Source of the DNA: Steroidobacteraceae bacterium
Lineage (GTDB): Bacteria > Pseudomonadota > Gammaproteobacteria > Steroidobacterales > Steroidobacteraceae
Reading direction: 5' to 3'
Length of the DNA: 64,000 nucleotides
Assembly: GCA_036381695.1 (NCBI GenBank)
Contig: DASVCI010000051.1
Coordinates: forward strand, 2,578-66,577
This document shows positions 33,784 through 44,378 of the stretch, piece by piece. The notes under the pieces were generated by a model. That model was not told where the DNA came from and ran no database searches. It saw only the letters and a list, made by a program, of their open reading frames with translations. The number at the start of each line of letters is the position of its first letter. Positions within the stretch are counted from its first letter, which is position 1. Position numbers and translations under genes: made by a program.

Positions 33784-34962
33784 ATGCCATCGCACCGTTC
33801 GTCGTACGCTGTTCTTTGGGTCGCCGCCCTGGCTTCGCTCGTTGCGTGCAGCAAGAAGACTCCCGAGCCCGCGCCAGCACCCGAACAACCCCCCGCGCCC
33901 ACGGCTGAAATCACGCGCCAGAGCTTCGGCCAGCTTCCGGACGGAACGCAGGTCGAGTTGTTCACGCTCCGCAACGCCTCCGGCCTCGAAGTGCAGGTCA
34001 CGAACTACGGCGGGATCATCACTTCGATCAAGACGCCCGACAGAGAAGGGAAGCTCGCGGACATCACGCTCGGGCACGCTTCGCTCGAGCCGTACCTCGA
34101 CAATACTCCGTACTTCGGCGCGATCGTCGGGCGTTACGCCAATCGCATCGGCAAAGCCCAGTTCAAGCTCGACGGGAAGACATACAAGCTGCCGGCGAAC
34201 GACGGCCCGAATACGCTGCACGGCGGGACGCAGGGATTCGACAAGGCAGTCTGGAAAGCCGAGACGTTCGAGCGGCCGGGTGAAGTGGGCCTCGTGCTCA
34301 CCCACACGAGCCCCGACGGCGACCAGGGCTTCCCGGGCAATCTGTCCGTGCGCGTGACGTACACGCTCAACGACCGCAACGAGCTCGCGCTCGATTATCA
34401 CGCCACCACCGACAAGCCGACCGTCGTCAACCTGACTCAGCACCCGTACTTCAATCTCGCCGGCGAAGGCTCGGGCGACGTGCGCGCGCACGAAGTCCTG
34501 ATCAATGCGAGCCGCTACACCCCGGTGGACAAGACGCTGATCCCGACAGGCAAGCTCGAGAGCGTCGAGAACACGCCTCTGGACTTCCGCACGGCCAAGC
34601 CGATCGGCCAGGACCTCGCCTCCGATCACCCGCAGATGAAGCTCGCCGGCGGGTACGACCACAATTTCGTGATCGACCGCGAAGGGCCGGGCCTCGTGCT
34701 CGCCGCGCACGTCGAAGAGCCGGTGAGCGGTCGCGTAATGGAGATCCACACGACCGAGCCTGGCGTGCAGTTCTACACCGGCAATTTCCTCGACGGCTCC
34801 ATTGTCGGCAAGAGCGGGCGCCCCTACATCAAGCACGGTGGCTTTTGTCTCGAGACCCAGCACTTCCCCGATTCGCCGAACAAGCCGTCGTTCCCGAGCA
34901 CTACGTTGCGCCCGGGTGAGGAATACACGTCGCGAACGGTTTACACGTTCAGCACGCTGTAG
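33784..34962 (+). CDS. galM: Aldose 1-epimerase (mutarotase), lipoprotein signal
   Basis: LVAC lipobox; GRYANRI, LHGG..GFD, NLTQHPYFNL, GYDHNF, CLETQHFPDSPN. Confidence 0.92.
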   Translation: MPSHRSSYAVLWVAALASLVACSKKTPEPAPAPEQPPAPTAEITRQSFGQLPDGTQVELFTLRNASGLEVQVTNYGGIITSIKTPDREGKLADITLGHASLEPYLDNTPYFGAIVGRYANRIGKAQFKLDGKTYKLPANDGPNTLHGGTQGFDKAVWKAETFERPGEVGLVLTHTSPDGDQGFPGNLSVRVTYTLNDRNELALDYHATTDKPTVVNLTQHPYFNLAGEGSGDVRAHEVLINASRYTPVDKTLIPTGKLESVENTPLDFRTAKPIGQDLASDHPQMKLAGGYDHNFVIDREGPGLVLAAHVEEPVSGRVMEIHTTEPGVQFYTGNFLDGSIVGKSGRPYIKHGGFCLETQHFPDSPNKPSFPSTTLRPGEEYTSRTVYTFSTL

Positions 34963-35011
34963 CGCAGCGAAATGGCCAGTGCGGATCGCGGCATGACGAC
35001 AGACCCGGACC

Positions 35012-35791
35012 ATGAGCGCCGAAGACCGCATCGACCGCACTGTGCCCTCACCGCGCGAGCCCGGGCCTTACGAAGCGCGGGCCCTCGAGGAATTGCGGCA
35101 CTGGCAGCGCGAAATGACTGCCACGCCGCGCTTCTGGAATCAGGCGGCGCGCGCTCTGCAGCGTCGAGTAAATCGCGTCATACCGGAGCGGGTTCACGAG
35201 GCGATCACGAGCGTCATCAAGCAAATGACGCGCGCGGTTCTCGCCGGCTCGAGCTTCACCGCTCCGGCGCCCCGCGAGAGCGGTACGCTCGCCGAGCGCG
35301 AGCAAGCCATCAGCACCAGGATCGATCGCTATTGCCGCGCTGCGGCGCTGGAAGGCGGGATCACCGGAGCCGGGGGCCTGTTCCTCGGACTCGCCGATTT
35401 TCCGCTGCTGCTCAGCATCAAGCTCAAGCTCCTGTTCGACATCGCCGCGCTCTATGGCCACTCGGGTGCGGACTTCAGGGAGCGCGTGTACATCCTGTAC
35501 GTCTTCCAGCTCGCCTTCTCGAGCGATGCGCACCGCACCGACGTGTACTACAAGATCACCGACTGGGACGAGCGGGCAGCGGAGTTGCCCGGCTCGATCG
35601 ATGAGCTCGACTGGCGCTCCTTCCAGCAGGAGTACCGCGATTACATCGATTTCGCCAAGCTCGCTCAGCTCGTGCCCGTGATCGGCGCGCCCGTCGGCGT
35701 GATCGTCAACAACCGGCTGGTCAAAAAGCTCGGCTACACGGCGATGAATGCGTATCGGATGCGCTGGTTCGAGCGCGAAGGGCTCAAGTGA
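35012..35791 (+). CDS. EcsC family protein
   Basis: AALEGGITGAGG..LADFP.LL..IA..YG; KLAQLVPVIGAPVG. Confidence 0.85.
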   Translation: MSAEDRIDRTVPSPREPGPYEARALEELRHWQREMTATPRFWNQAARALQRRVNRVIPERVHEAITSVIKQMTRAVLAGSSFTAPAPRESGTLAEREQAISTRIDRYCRAAALEGGITGAGGLFLGLADFPLLLSIKLKLLFDIAALYGHSGADFRERVYILYVFQLAFSSDAHRTDVYYKITDWDERAAELPGSIDELDWRSFQQEYRDYIDFAKLAQLVPVIGAPVGVIVNNRLVKKLGYTAMNAYRMRWFEREGLK

Positions 35792-35794
35792 GGA

Positions 35795-36991
35795 TCAGTC
35801 GGGAAGGCAGCGCACGCCGCTCAGAAGGATCTCGTTCATCGCGCGCGCCTTGGCCCTCGCCTCCTCGATGCTGCTGCCTGAGGCCAGCGACACGCCCATT
35901 CGCCGGTGCCCGCGCACTTCGGGCTTGCCGAAAAGCCGCAGCGCCGTGTCCGGCTGCTTGAGCGCCCGATCGACATTCTCGTAGCTGATATTGCTCGAAT
36001 CGCCATCGACGAGCAGCGCGCAGGAGGCGGCCGGGCCGCGCTGCCTGATCACCGGAATCGGCAATCCGAGGATCGCGCGGGCGTGCAACGCGAACTCGGA
36101 AAGATCCTGAGAGATGAGAGTGACGAGCCCGGTGTCGTGCGGGCGCGGGGAGACTTCGCTGAAATAGATCGTATCTCCTGCAACGAACAGCTCCACGCCG
36201 AAGATGCCGTAACCGCCCAGGTTGTCGGTGATCGCTCGAGCGATTCGTTGCGACTCTGCCAGCGCCGTGGGGCTCATGGGCTGCGGCTGCCACGACTCGC
36301 GATAGTCACCATCGACCTGAAAGTGCCCGATCGGATCGCAGAACGTCGTGCCGCCCTGATGACGCACGGTGAGCAAGGTGATCTCATAATCGAAGGCCAC
36401 GAACCCTTCGACGATGAGCCGCCCGCTCCCAGCCCGTCCGCCTCGCTGGGCGTACTCCCAGGCTCGGTCGATATCCTGAGGCGAGCGCACGATGCTCTGC
36501 CCTTTCCCGGAGGAGCTCATCACGGGCTTGACGACACAAGGCAGTCCGAGCGCTTCGATCGCAGCCCGATATTCGGCCTTGGAATCGGCGAAGCGATAAG
36601 GCGAGGTTCTGATCCCGAGCTCTTCTGCGGCGAGCTTGCGGATTCCTTCCCTGTCCATCGTGAGCCGGGCGGCCCGCGCCGTCGGAATGACGGTGAATCC
36701 TTCGCTCTCGAGCTCCACCAGCGTCGGCGTGGCGATCGCTTCGATCTCCGGAACGATGAGCTGCGGGCGCTCCCGCTCTACGACCGCCCTCAATGCGGCC
36801 CCATCGAGCATGTCGATCACGTGCGAGCGATGCGCGACCTGCATTGCGGGCGCGTTGGCATAGCGGTCCACCGCAATGACTTCGCAACCGAAGCGTTGCA
36901 GCTCTATCGTGACTTCCTTGCCCAGCTCGCCGGAGCCGAGCAGCATGACGCGTGTGCCAGAGGGAGAAAGCGGGGTGCCGAGAGTGGTCAT
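35795..36991 (-). CDS. purT: Formate-dependent phosphoribosylglycinamide formyltransferase
   Basis: [45 protein letters not shown]. Confidence 0.97.
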   Translation of the reverse strand: MTTLGTPLSPSGTRVMLLGSGELGKEVTIELQRFGCEVIAVDRYANAPAMQVAHRSHVIDMLDGAALRAVVERERPQLIVPEIEAIATPTLVELESEGFTVIPTARAARLTMDREGIRKLAAEELGIRTSPYRFADSKAEYRAAIEALGLPCVVKPVMSSSGKGQSIVRSPQDIDRAWEYAQRGGRAGSGRLIVEGFVAFDYEITLLTVRHQGGTTFCDPIGHFQVDGDYRESWQPQPMSPTALAESQRIARAITDNLGGYGIFGVELFVAGDTIYFSEVSPRPHDTGLVTLISQDLSEFALHARAILGLPIPVIRQRGPAASCALLVDGDSSNISYENVDRALKQPDTALRLFGKPEVRGHRRMGVSLASGSSIEEARAKARAMNEILLSGVRCLPD

Positions 36992-37125
36992 GCTTCGTGC
37001 TCAGGCGGGTTCGGGCTCGCGCGAGTATAACCCTCGCGGCTGACGCGTGCGGCGCGTATACATTTGCTCCGACCGCCATGCGTCTTTACCCTTGCCCACT
37101 CGCTTTTCCATACAGGGTGTACGGC

Positions 37126-40100
37126 ATGCGCTTGACTGCTTCGATCCCGCTCGTGCTGCTCGCGACGACACTCCTCGCCGCCGAGAACGAGACCAAACCC
37201 GCCTGGGACGTCAACTCCCCTCCGGGCGAGCGCCGCGAAATCAAGCTGGATGTGCGCTCGGGCACCTGGATGAGCGTCGATGTGAGCCCGGACGGCTCGC
37301 GCCTGGTGTTCGACCTGCTGGGCGACATCTACGAGCTGCCCATCGAAGGAGGCGAGGCGCGCGCGCTGACCTCCGGCCTGGCGTGGGACATGCAGCCGCG
37401 TTACTCGCCGGACGGTCGCTCGATCGCGTTCACCTCCGATCGCGGCGGCGGCGACAATCTGTGGATCATGGGCGCCGACGGCAGCTCGCCGCGACAGGTG
37501 ACCAAGGAGCAATTCCGGCTACTCAACAGCCCTGCGTGGCATCCGAACGGGCGCTACATCGTCGGGCGCAAGCACTTCACCACGCGCCGCTCGCTCGGCA
37601 CCGGCGAAATCTGGATCTACAGCCTCGAGGGCGGCGAAGGCGTGCAGCTCGTGAAGCGGCCGAACGAGGAGTTCCAGAAGGAGCTCGGAGAGCCGGCGTT
37701 CTCGCCCGACGGAAAGTTCCTCTACTTCACGCAGAACACGAGTGGTGGCAACACGTTCGAGTATGCGCAGGACGTGAACCGGGAAATCTTCACGATCCGC
37801 CGGCTGGAGCTTGCCAGCAGCAAGATCGAGCCGTTCGTGACAGGCCCGGGAGGGGCGGTGCGTCCTACGCCCTCGCCGGACGGCCGCTATCTCGCGTTCA
37901 TCCGGCGCCTTCGCACAGATGATGCGTTCGAAACCGCGCTCTATGTGAAGGATCTGCGCTCCGGCGAGGAGCAACCGATCTATACGGATCTCGACCGCGA
38001 CATGCAGGAAACCTGGGCGGTGCACGGCGTGTATCCGAACATCGACTGGACGCCGGACAGCCGGAGCCTGGTGTTCTGGGCGGGCGGCAAAATCAAGCGG
38101 CTCGAGCTCGAGACTCGGGCGGTCCGCGAGATTCCGTTCCACGTCGCCGACTCCCGCACCGTGCTCGCTCCTGTGAGAGCCGAGACCGAGGTCGCTCCCG
38201 ATGAAGTGCACGCTCGCATGGTTCGCTTCGCGAGCGTCTCTCCGACCCAGGATCGGGTGGTCTTCGAAGCGTTCGGGCGCTTGTGGGTCAGAACGCTGCT
38301 GGACGGAAGGCCCCGACGACTGACGCGCGATGAGGAGCCTGCATTCGAGCTCTTCCCCTCGTGGTCACGCGACGGCAAGCGCATCGTGTTCGTGCGCTGG
38401 ACGGACGCCGAGCTCGGCCGGATCCATGTGGTCGATGCGAGCGGCGGGCGCTCGCGGGTGATTACCGATCAGCCGGGCCACTACTTCGACCCGCGTTTCA
38501 GCCCGGATGGCTCGATCATCGTGTTCCAGCGCAACACCGGCGGCGATCTCACTTCGCCGCTCTGGTCACAGGAGCCGGGGCTCTACAGCATTCCCGCCAA
38601 TGGCGGCGAGATGAAGCGGCTCACCGACAAGGGCCGCGATCCGCACTTCGTCGTCAACGACGGGCGCATCTACTACATCGAAGATGCGCGCCCGCCGAAG
38701 GAAACCGAGCCCGCACACGAGCTGGTCAGCGTCGATGCGAACGGCAAGGACAGGCGAGTGCACGCGCGCTCGAACTATGCCTCCAGGATGGAGATTTCGC
38801 CGGACGGAGCGTGGCTCGCATTCCGGGAGAACTTCCACGTCTATGTCACGCCCAGACCGCCGGGCGGCGTGCTCGAGGTCTCGCCGAAGATCAAGTCGGT
38901 TCCGTTGCGGCGCGCGAGCGACATTGGCGGCGATTACCTGAGCTGGAGCGATGGCGACACCCTCACGTGGACGCTCGGCCCATCGCTTTATCGCGCCGAT
39001 ATGTCAGAGTTCTTCGCTGCGGGAACCGATGCAGCGAAGACGCACGGCCGCGAAATCGTCAATCTGTCGATCAGTCAACCCGCGGACAAGCCGTCCGGAA
39101 CCGTCGCGCTCACTGGCGCACGAATCATCACGATGAACGATGCTGGTGAAGTGATCGAGAACGGAACGGTGGTGATTCGCGACAACCGCATCCTGGCGGT
39201 GGGTCCTTCGGACCAGGTGGACGTGCCGGCCGACGCGAAAAGGCTCGACCTCGCGGGCCGCACCATCATGCCGGGCATCATCGATGCGCACGCGCACGGT
39301 CCACAAGCTGTGAACGATCTCATCCCGCAGCAGAACTGGTCGGCGCTCGCGCATCTCGCGTTCGGCGTCACGACGGTGCACGATCCTTCGAACGATTCGA
39401 CCGAGATCTTCGCCGCCTCCGAGTATCAGCGCGCCGGGCTCATTCTCGCCCCGCGCACGTTCTCGACCGGCAACGTGATCTATGGCGCGCGATCGGAGGG
39501 GCTCGCCGACATCGAGACTCTCGAGGATGCACGCAATCACATCCTGAGGCTCAAGGCCCAGGGCGCCATGTCCGTCAAGAACTACAACCAGCCGAGGCGC
39601 GATCAACGTCAGATGGTGGTGACCGCCGCACGCGAGGCAGGCCTTCTGTGCGTGCCCGAAGGCGGTTCCCTGTATCACTTCGACATGACCCTCATCGCCG
39701 ACGGCAACACGGGAGTCGAGCACAACGTGCCGCCGGAACGGTTCTACGACGATGTCATGCAGTTCTGGCCGGCTACGGGCGTGGGCTACACGCCGACGCT
39801 GGTCGTCACCTACGGCGGACCGGGCAGCGAGCACTGGTTCTATCAGGAGTCGGAAGTCTGGAAGCATCCGATCCTCTCGAAGTTCGTGCCGCCGCACATC
39901 CTGCAACCGCGCTCGGTGCGCAGACAAATGGCGCCTGAGACCGATTACCAGCCGTTCCGCGATTCAGCCGCCAATGCGAAGCGGCTGATGGAAGCAGGCG
40001 TGCACGTCAACATCGGCGCTCATGGCCAGCGCGAAGGATTGGGTGCGCACTGGGAAATCTGGGCCTTCACGATGGGCGGCATGTCGCCGATGCAAGCGCT

Positions 40101-40341
40101 TCAGGCCGCGACGATCCACCCTGCGCGCTATCTGGGCCTGGAGCGCGATCTGGGCTCGCTCGAGCCCGGCAAGCTCGCCGACATGCTGATCGTGGAAGGC
40201 AATCCGCTCGAAGACATCTACAAGACCGACGACATCGCGTACGTGGTGTTGAACGGACGCATCTACCAGGGCGGCACGCTGGCCGAGCAGTTGACCGGCG
40301 ATCGCCGGCTCGCTCCCCTCTACTGGTACGAAGGCGAATGA
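37126..40341 (+). CDS. Secreted TolB-like (PD40) propeller plus amidohydrolase fusion
   Basis: Signal peptide; many xSPDG repeats; PGIIDAHAH, IGAHGQ, GSLEPGKLAD. Confidence 0.9.
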   Translation: MRLTASIPLVLLATTLLAAENETKPAWDVNSPPGERREIKLDVRSGTWMSVDVSPDGSRLVFDLLGDIYELPIEGGEARALTSGLAWDMQPRYSPDGRSIAFTSDRGGGDNLWIMGADGSSPRQVTKEQFRLLNSPAWHPNGRYIVGRKHFTTRRSLGTGEIWIYSLEGGEGVQLVKRPNEEFQKELGEPAFSPDGKFLYFTQNTSGGNTFEYAQDVNREIFTIRRLELASSKIEPFVTGPGGAVRPTPSPDGRYLAFIRRLRTDDAFETALYVKDLRSGEEQPIYTDLDRDMQETWAVHGVYPNIDWTPDSRSLVFWAGGKIKRLELETRAVREIPFHVADSRTVLAPVRAETEVAPDEVHARMVRFASVSPTQDRVVFEAFGRLWVRTLLDGRPRRLTRDEEPAFELFPSWSRDGKRIVFVRWTDAELGRIHVVDASGGRSRVITDQPGHYFDPRFSPDGSIIVFQRNTGGDLTSPLWSQEPGLYSIPANGGEMKRLTDKGRDPHFVVNDGRIYYIEDARPPKETEPAHELVSVDANGKDRRVHARSNYASRMEISPDGAWLAFRENFHVYVTPRPPGGVLEVSPKIKSVPLRRASDIGGDYLSWSDGDTLTWTLGPSLYRADMSEFFAAGTDAAKTHGREIVNLSISQPADKPSGTVALTGARIITMNDAGEVIENGTVVIRDNRILAVGPSDQVDVPADAKRLDLAGRTIMPGIIDAHAHGPQAVNDLIPQQNWSALAHLAFGVTTVHDPSNDSTEIFAASEYQRAGLILAPRTFSTGNVIYGARSEGLADIETLEDARNHILRLKAQGAMSVKNYNQPRRDQRQMVVTAAREAGLLCVPEGGSLYHFDMTLIADGNTGVEHNVPPERFYDDVMQFWPATGVGYTPTLVVTYGGPGSEHWFYQESEVWKHPILSKFVPPHILQPRSVRRQMAPETDYQPFRDSAANAKRLMEAGVHVNIGAHGQREGLGAHWEIWAFTMGGMSPMQALQAATIHPARYLGLERDLGSLEPGKLADMLIVEGNPLEDIYKTDDIAYVVLNGRIYQGGTLAEQLTGDRRLAPLYWYEGE

Positions 40342-40347
40342 TCGAAG

Positions 40348-40379
40348 GACGCAGCGGCGGCACACACCGCCGCTGCGTC
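40348..40379. terminator. Perfect 13-bp hairpin between convergent genes
   Basis: GACGCAGCGGCGG-CACACA-CCGCCGCTGCGTC; no clear U tract. Confidence 0.5.
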
Positions 40380-40497
40380 GGGCGAGTATCACTGAGTCAC
40401 CGAAGCTTCCGGCTGAGCGCTTCAACGCAACGCGCAGACGAAAGCGGGCGCGCGCCGGTTGCCCGGCGCCGCCGCATCCCTCGAAGGCCTTGACCCG

Positions 40498-40947
40498 TCA
40501 AGCGGCGACCTTGATGCGCCGCGGCTGGGCTTTGGCCTGCTTCTGGATCTCGATCTCGAGCACGCCGTTACGACCGACGGCCTTGATTCTCTCCGCATCG
40601 ATGCTGTCCGGCAGGATGAACCGGCGATGGAAGCGGCCGGTGCCACGCTCGATGCGCGCGCGAGTCTCGCGCTCGTTCCTGTCGACGGCCTTCTCCCTGG
40701 TGCGCTCGCCGGAGAGCGTGAGCACGCCGTTCTCCAGCGTGACTTCGACGTTCTCGGGCGGAACACCCGGCAGATCGACGTAGAGCTCGAATCGATCGTC
40801 GTACTCGTAGATGTCGACGGCAGGGATCCAGGCGGCCGTCGCACCGCTGGTCTCGGTATCGTCCAGGGCGCTGAACAGCCGGTTGATCTCCTCCCGGAGC
40901 TGAGTGATGGGCGACCAGGCCCAGTCACGATAGGGCACGAGTGCCAT
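40498..40947 (-). CDS. Hsp20/alpha-crystallin small heat-shock protein
   Basis: GGAGGAG RBS; WIPAVDIYE, DLPGV, IERGTGRFHRRFILP, NGVLEI. Confidence 0.93.
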   Translation of the reverse strand: MALVPYRDWAWSPITQLREEINRLFSALDDTETSGATAAWIPAVDIYEYDDRFELYVDLPGVPPENVEVTLENGVLTLSGERTREKAVDRNERETRARIERGTGRFHRRFILPDSIDAERIKAVGRNGVLEIEIQKQAKAQPRRIKVAA

Positions 40948-40990
40948 ATGCGTTCTCCTCCCGAAAGACGGAAATTTCCACTGCCTGACG

Positions 40991-41018
40991 AGTTGGGAAG
41001 GCCCGCTTGAATTTCAAG
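40991..41018 (-). promoter_or_regulatory. Putative sigma32 promoter of hsp20
   Basis: Minus strand CTTGAA-N14-TCCCAACT; the -35 lies within the palindrome CTTGAATTTCAAG. Confidence 0.6.
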
Positions 41019-41169
41019 AGCCGCTGAAGTACAGAAACCGTCACGCTGTTACGCAGGCGCGCGCGGATTGCCGATGCCGCGCGAGACATCTAGAAACTTT
41101 TGCCTGAGACAGCACGTTACGTTGCCCGTTGTGGTCCTGCTGGCGGCCGCACGGCCGCACCGTTACAAG

Positions 41170-42222
41170 ATGCACATCGCGCAAATCGCTCCGCTTTACG
41201 AATCTGTTCCGCCCCGGTTTTATGGGGGCACCGAACGCGTCGTCGCCCACTTGTGCGACGCGCTGGTCGACCTCGGGCACGAGGTCACCGTGTTCGCAAG
41301 CGCCGATTCCTCCTGCCGCGGCCGGCTGGTTCCGGTGCGCGATCAGGCCATGCGGCTCGACCCGGCGCCGTACAAATCCGACCTCGCGGCCCACCTGACG
41401 ATGCTTACCGAAGTGCGCCGTCACGCCTGGCAGTTCGACGTGCTGCACTTTCACCTCGACCTGCTGCATTTCCCGATGTTCGAGCAGTGCGCGCACAAGA
41501 CGGTTACGACGCTGCACGGGCGGCTGGATCTCAAAGACCTGTCGCAGGTGTTCGCCCAGTGGCCCGCGTACGGGCTCGTCTCGATCTCGGACTCGCAGCG
41601 TCGCCCGCTCCCGGATGCGAACTGGCTCGCGACGGTGGGCCATGGTCTGCCGGCCGACAAGTACCGCTTCAAGGAGCGACCCGACGGCGGCTATCTCGCG
41701 TTTCTCGGCCGCATCTCGCCCGAGAAACGTCCCGATCTCGCGATCGAGATCGCGCGCCGCGCGGGCCTGCCGCTTCGGATCGCAGCCAAGGTCGACCCGG
41801 CTGACGTGACCTACTTCGAGACCGTCGTCCGTCCGCTCCTCAACCATCCGCTCGTCGAGTTCATCGGGGAGATCGGCGATGAGGACAAGAGCGGGTTTCT
41901 CGGCGATGCGCTGGCGCTCCTCTTCCCGATCAACTGGCCGGAGCCCTTCGGGCTCGTGATGATCGAGTCCATGGCTTGCGGGACGCCCGTGATCGCGTGG
42001 AACTGCGGCTCGACGCGCGAAGTTCTCGACGAGGGCGTGACTGGTTTCATCGTCGAATCGCAAGAGGAAGCCCTACAGGCAATCGAGCGCGCCGCGACTG
42101 CCGACAGGCGGGCCATACGCGCCACGTTCGAGCAGCGGTACACTTCGAGGGTGATGGCGCAGCGCTACATCGAGGTCTACGAGCAACTGCTCGAGCGTCA
42201 CCCCCTGCGTCGCGCTTCCTGA
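41170..42222 (+). CDS. Glycosyltransferase family 4
   Basis: PPRFYGGTERVV, FLGRISPEK, WPEPFGLVMIESMACGTPVI. Confidence 0.92.
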   Translation: MHIAQIAPLYESVPPRFYGGTERVVAHLCDALVDLGHEVTVFASADSSCRGRLVPVRDQAMRLDPAPYKSDLAAHLTMLTEVRRHAWQFDVLHFHLDLLHFPMFEQCAHKTVTTLHGRLDLKDLSQVFAQWPAYGLVSISDSQRRPLPDANWLATVGHGLPADKYRFKERPDGGYLAFLGRISPEKRPDLAIEIARRAGLPLRIAAKVDPADVTYFETVVRPLLNHPLVEFIGEIGDEDKSGFLGDALALLFPINWPEPFGLVMIESMACGTPVIAWNCGSTREVLDEGVTGFIVESQEEALQAIERAATADRRAIRATFEQRYTSRVMAQRYIEVYEQLLERHPLRRAS

Positions 42223-42251
42223 TCCTGCCGACCGATTGGAAGGAAGGACCG

Positions 42252-44375
42252 ATGGTGGAGGAACCCGCTGAGCGACGCGGACTCTTACCGCGTTTTACGC
42301 TCAAGGACGGCGACACGTTTCTGCTGGCGGACGCTCTCGGCGACGTGCAATCGAGCGACGACGGGCTGTTCACCAACGACACGAGGATGCTGTCCCGGTT
42401 CGAGCTGTCGATCGCCGGCCGGCGACCGTCGCTGCTCGGCGCGGCCATCAATCAGGACAACACGCTCTTCACGGCGCATCTGACGAACCGGCCGCTGGCC
42501 GCGCCAGGTGAGTTGTCCGTGCCTCAGGGCGTGATCCACATCGAGCGCAAGCGCTTCCTCTGGCACGGCCGCCTGTACGAGCGACTTCATTTGACGAGCT
42601 TCGGCGAGCGCGATGTCTCGGTTCCGCTCGCGTTCGTGTTCGAAGCCGATTTCGTCGATATCTTCGAAGTGCAGGGGCACTCGCGCCCGCGCCGCGGCGA
42701 GTTCCTGCCGCCGGAGATCAACGGCCGTTCGGTACGTCTCGCGTATCGCGGGCTCGACAATATCGTCCGGACGACCCACCTCGAGTTCTCCGTTCCGCCG
42801 ATCTCGATTTCGGCGCGCGAGGCGCAGTTCATGATTCATCTGCCGGCGGGACGGGACGCCGAGCTTCTGCTCGAGATCGGCCCGGAGCCGGGCGCGAGCC
42901 CGGCGCGCGCGCAATTCGAATCGGCCGCGAGCGAGCTGTCGGCGAGCATGCGCCGGCGATTGGGACAGGGCGCGTCGGTGACGATGTCCAACCGGTTGTT
43001 CAATCAATGGGTGGAACGCTCGCGCGCGGATCTGGCGCTGCTCACCACTCAGCTTCCGACCGGCCCGTATCCTTACGCCGGAATCCCGTGGTTCGCCACG
43101 CAGTTCGGGCGCGATGCGATCATCACCGCCTTGCAGACGCTGTGGCTCAATCCGGACCTTGCGGCCGGCGTGCTGACGTTCCTCGCGCAGACGCAAGCAA
43201 AGGAGGAATCGAAGTTCAGGGACTCGCAGCCGGGCAAGATCATGCATGAGACGCGCCGGGGCGAGATGGCTGCTCTGCACGAAGTGCCGTTCGGGCAGTA
43301 TTACGGCGGAGTGGACACAACGCCGCTTTTCGTGATGCTCGCCGGGGCTCATGAGTTCCGCACCGGCCGACCCGAGCTGGTCGATGACATCTGGGACTCG
43401 CTGCTCGCCGCGACCGCCTGGATCGAGCGACGGCTCGACTCGAGCCCGACAGGTTTTCTCGATTACGAGCGCGGCGAGCACAGCGGCCTCATCAATCAGG
43501 CGTGGAAGGACAGCCACGACTCGATGTTTCACGCCGATGGGCGTTTTCCGCGCGGCCCGCTCGCAGTCGTCGAAGTGCAGGGCTACGCCTATGCGGCGCT
43601 ACGCACGATGGCGCATCTTGCCGCGAGGCGCGGCGATCACGCTTCGCACAGGCATTGGCTCGAGCGAGCCGCCCGCCTGCGCGTCGAGATCGAAAGAAGA
43701 TTCTGGATCCCGCAGATGAGCTACTACGCGCTCGCCATCGACGGCGATGGCGAGCCCTGCAAGGTGTATGCGTCGAACGCCGGCCACCTGCTCTTCTGCG
43801 ACGTGCCGAGCGAGGAGCGAGCGGCGCTGGTCGCCGCGCAACTGCTCTCGCCGCGTTTCTCGAGCGGCTGGGGAATCAGGACGCTCGCCGAAGGCGAGCC
43901 ACGCTACAACCCCATGTCGTATCACAACGGCTCGATCTGGCCGCACGACACTTCGATCTGCGCGGCCGGGATCTCGCGTTACGGCGGGCGCGCGAACGTC
44001 GCTCAGGTTCTGAACGACATGTTCGAGGCGGCCAACCAGTTCAACATGCGGCTGCCGGAGCTGTTCTGCGGATTCACTCGCGTACCCGGACAGGCGCCCG
44101 TTCCCTACCCAGTGGCCTGCCTGCCGCAGGCCTGGGCGTCAGGTTCGGTGTTTCTGCTGCTGCAAGCTTGCCTTGGCATCGAAATCGACGGTGCGCGCAA
44201 AGAAGTTCACGTGCGACGCCCGACTTTGCCCATCGGCGTCGAATCGCTCTCAGTGCGTGACCTGCCGGTCGCGGACACGACGATCGACCTCGAGTTTCAT
44301 CGCATAAGCGAAGAGGTGGTCGTGGTCCCCACGCGGCACCTCGAGCATGGCGTGCGCGTGCTCGCGCACCTGTAA
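42252..44375 (+). CDS. Amylo-alpha-1,6-glucosidase / debranching-enzyme-like glycosidase
   Basis: AGIPWFATQFGRD, PGKIMHETR, YYGGVDTTPLF, NQAWKDS, YHNGSIWPHD, PQAW. Confidence 0.9.
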   Translation: MVEEPAERRGLLPRFTLKDGDTFLLADALGDVQSSDDGLFTNDTRMLSRFELSIAGRRPSLLGAAINQDNTLFTAHLTNRPLAAPGELSVPQGVIHIERKRFLWHGRLYERLHLTSFGERDVSVPLAFVFEADFVDIFEVQGHSRPRRGEFLPPEINGRSVRLAYRGLDNIVRTTHLEFSVPPISISAREAQFMIHLPAGRDAELLLEIGPEPGASPARAQFESAASELSASMRRRLGQGASVTMSNRLFNQWVERSRADLALLTTQLPTGPYPYAGIPWFATQFGRDAIITALQTLWLNPDLAAGVLTFLAQTQAKEESKFRDSQPGKIMHETRRGEMAALHEVPFGQYYGGVDTTPLFVMLAGAHEFRTGRPELVDDIWDSLLAATAWIERRLDSSPTGFLDYERGEHSGLINQAWKDSHDSMFHADGRFPRGPLAVVEVQGYAYAALRTMAHLAARRGDHASHRHWLERAARLRVEIERRFWIPQMSYYALAIDGDGEPCKVYASNAGHLLFCDVPSEERAALVAAQLLSPRFSSGWGIRTLAEGEPRYNPMSYHNGSIWPHDTSICAAGISRYGGRANVAQVLNDMFEAANQFNMRLPELFCGFTRVPGQAPVPYPVACLPQAWASGSVFLLLQACLGIEIDGARKEVHVRRPTLPIGVESLSVRDLPVADTTIDLEFHRISEEVVVVPTRHLEHGVRVLAHL

Positions 44376-44378
44376 GCC

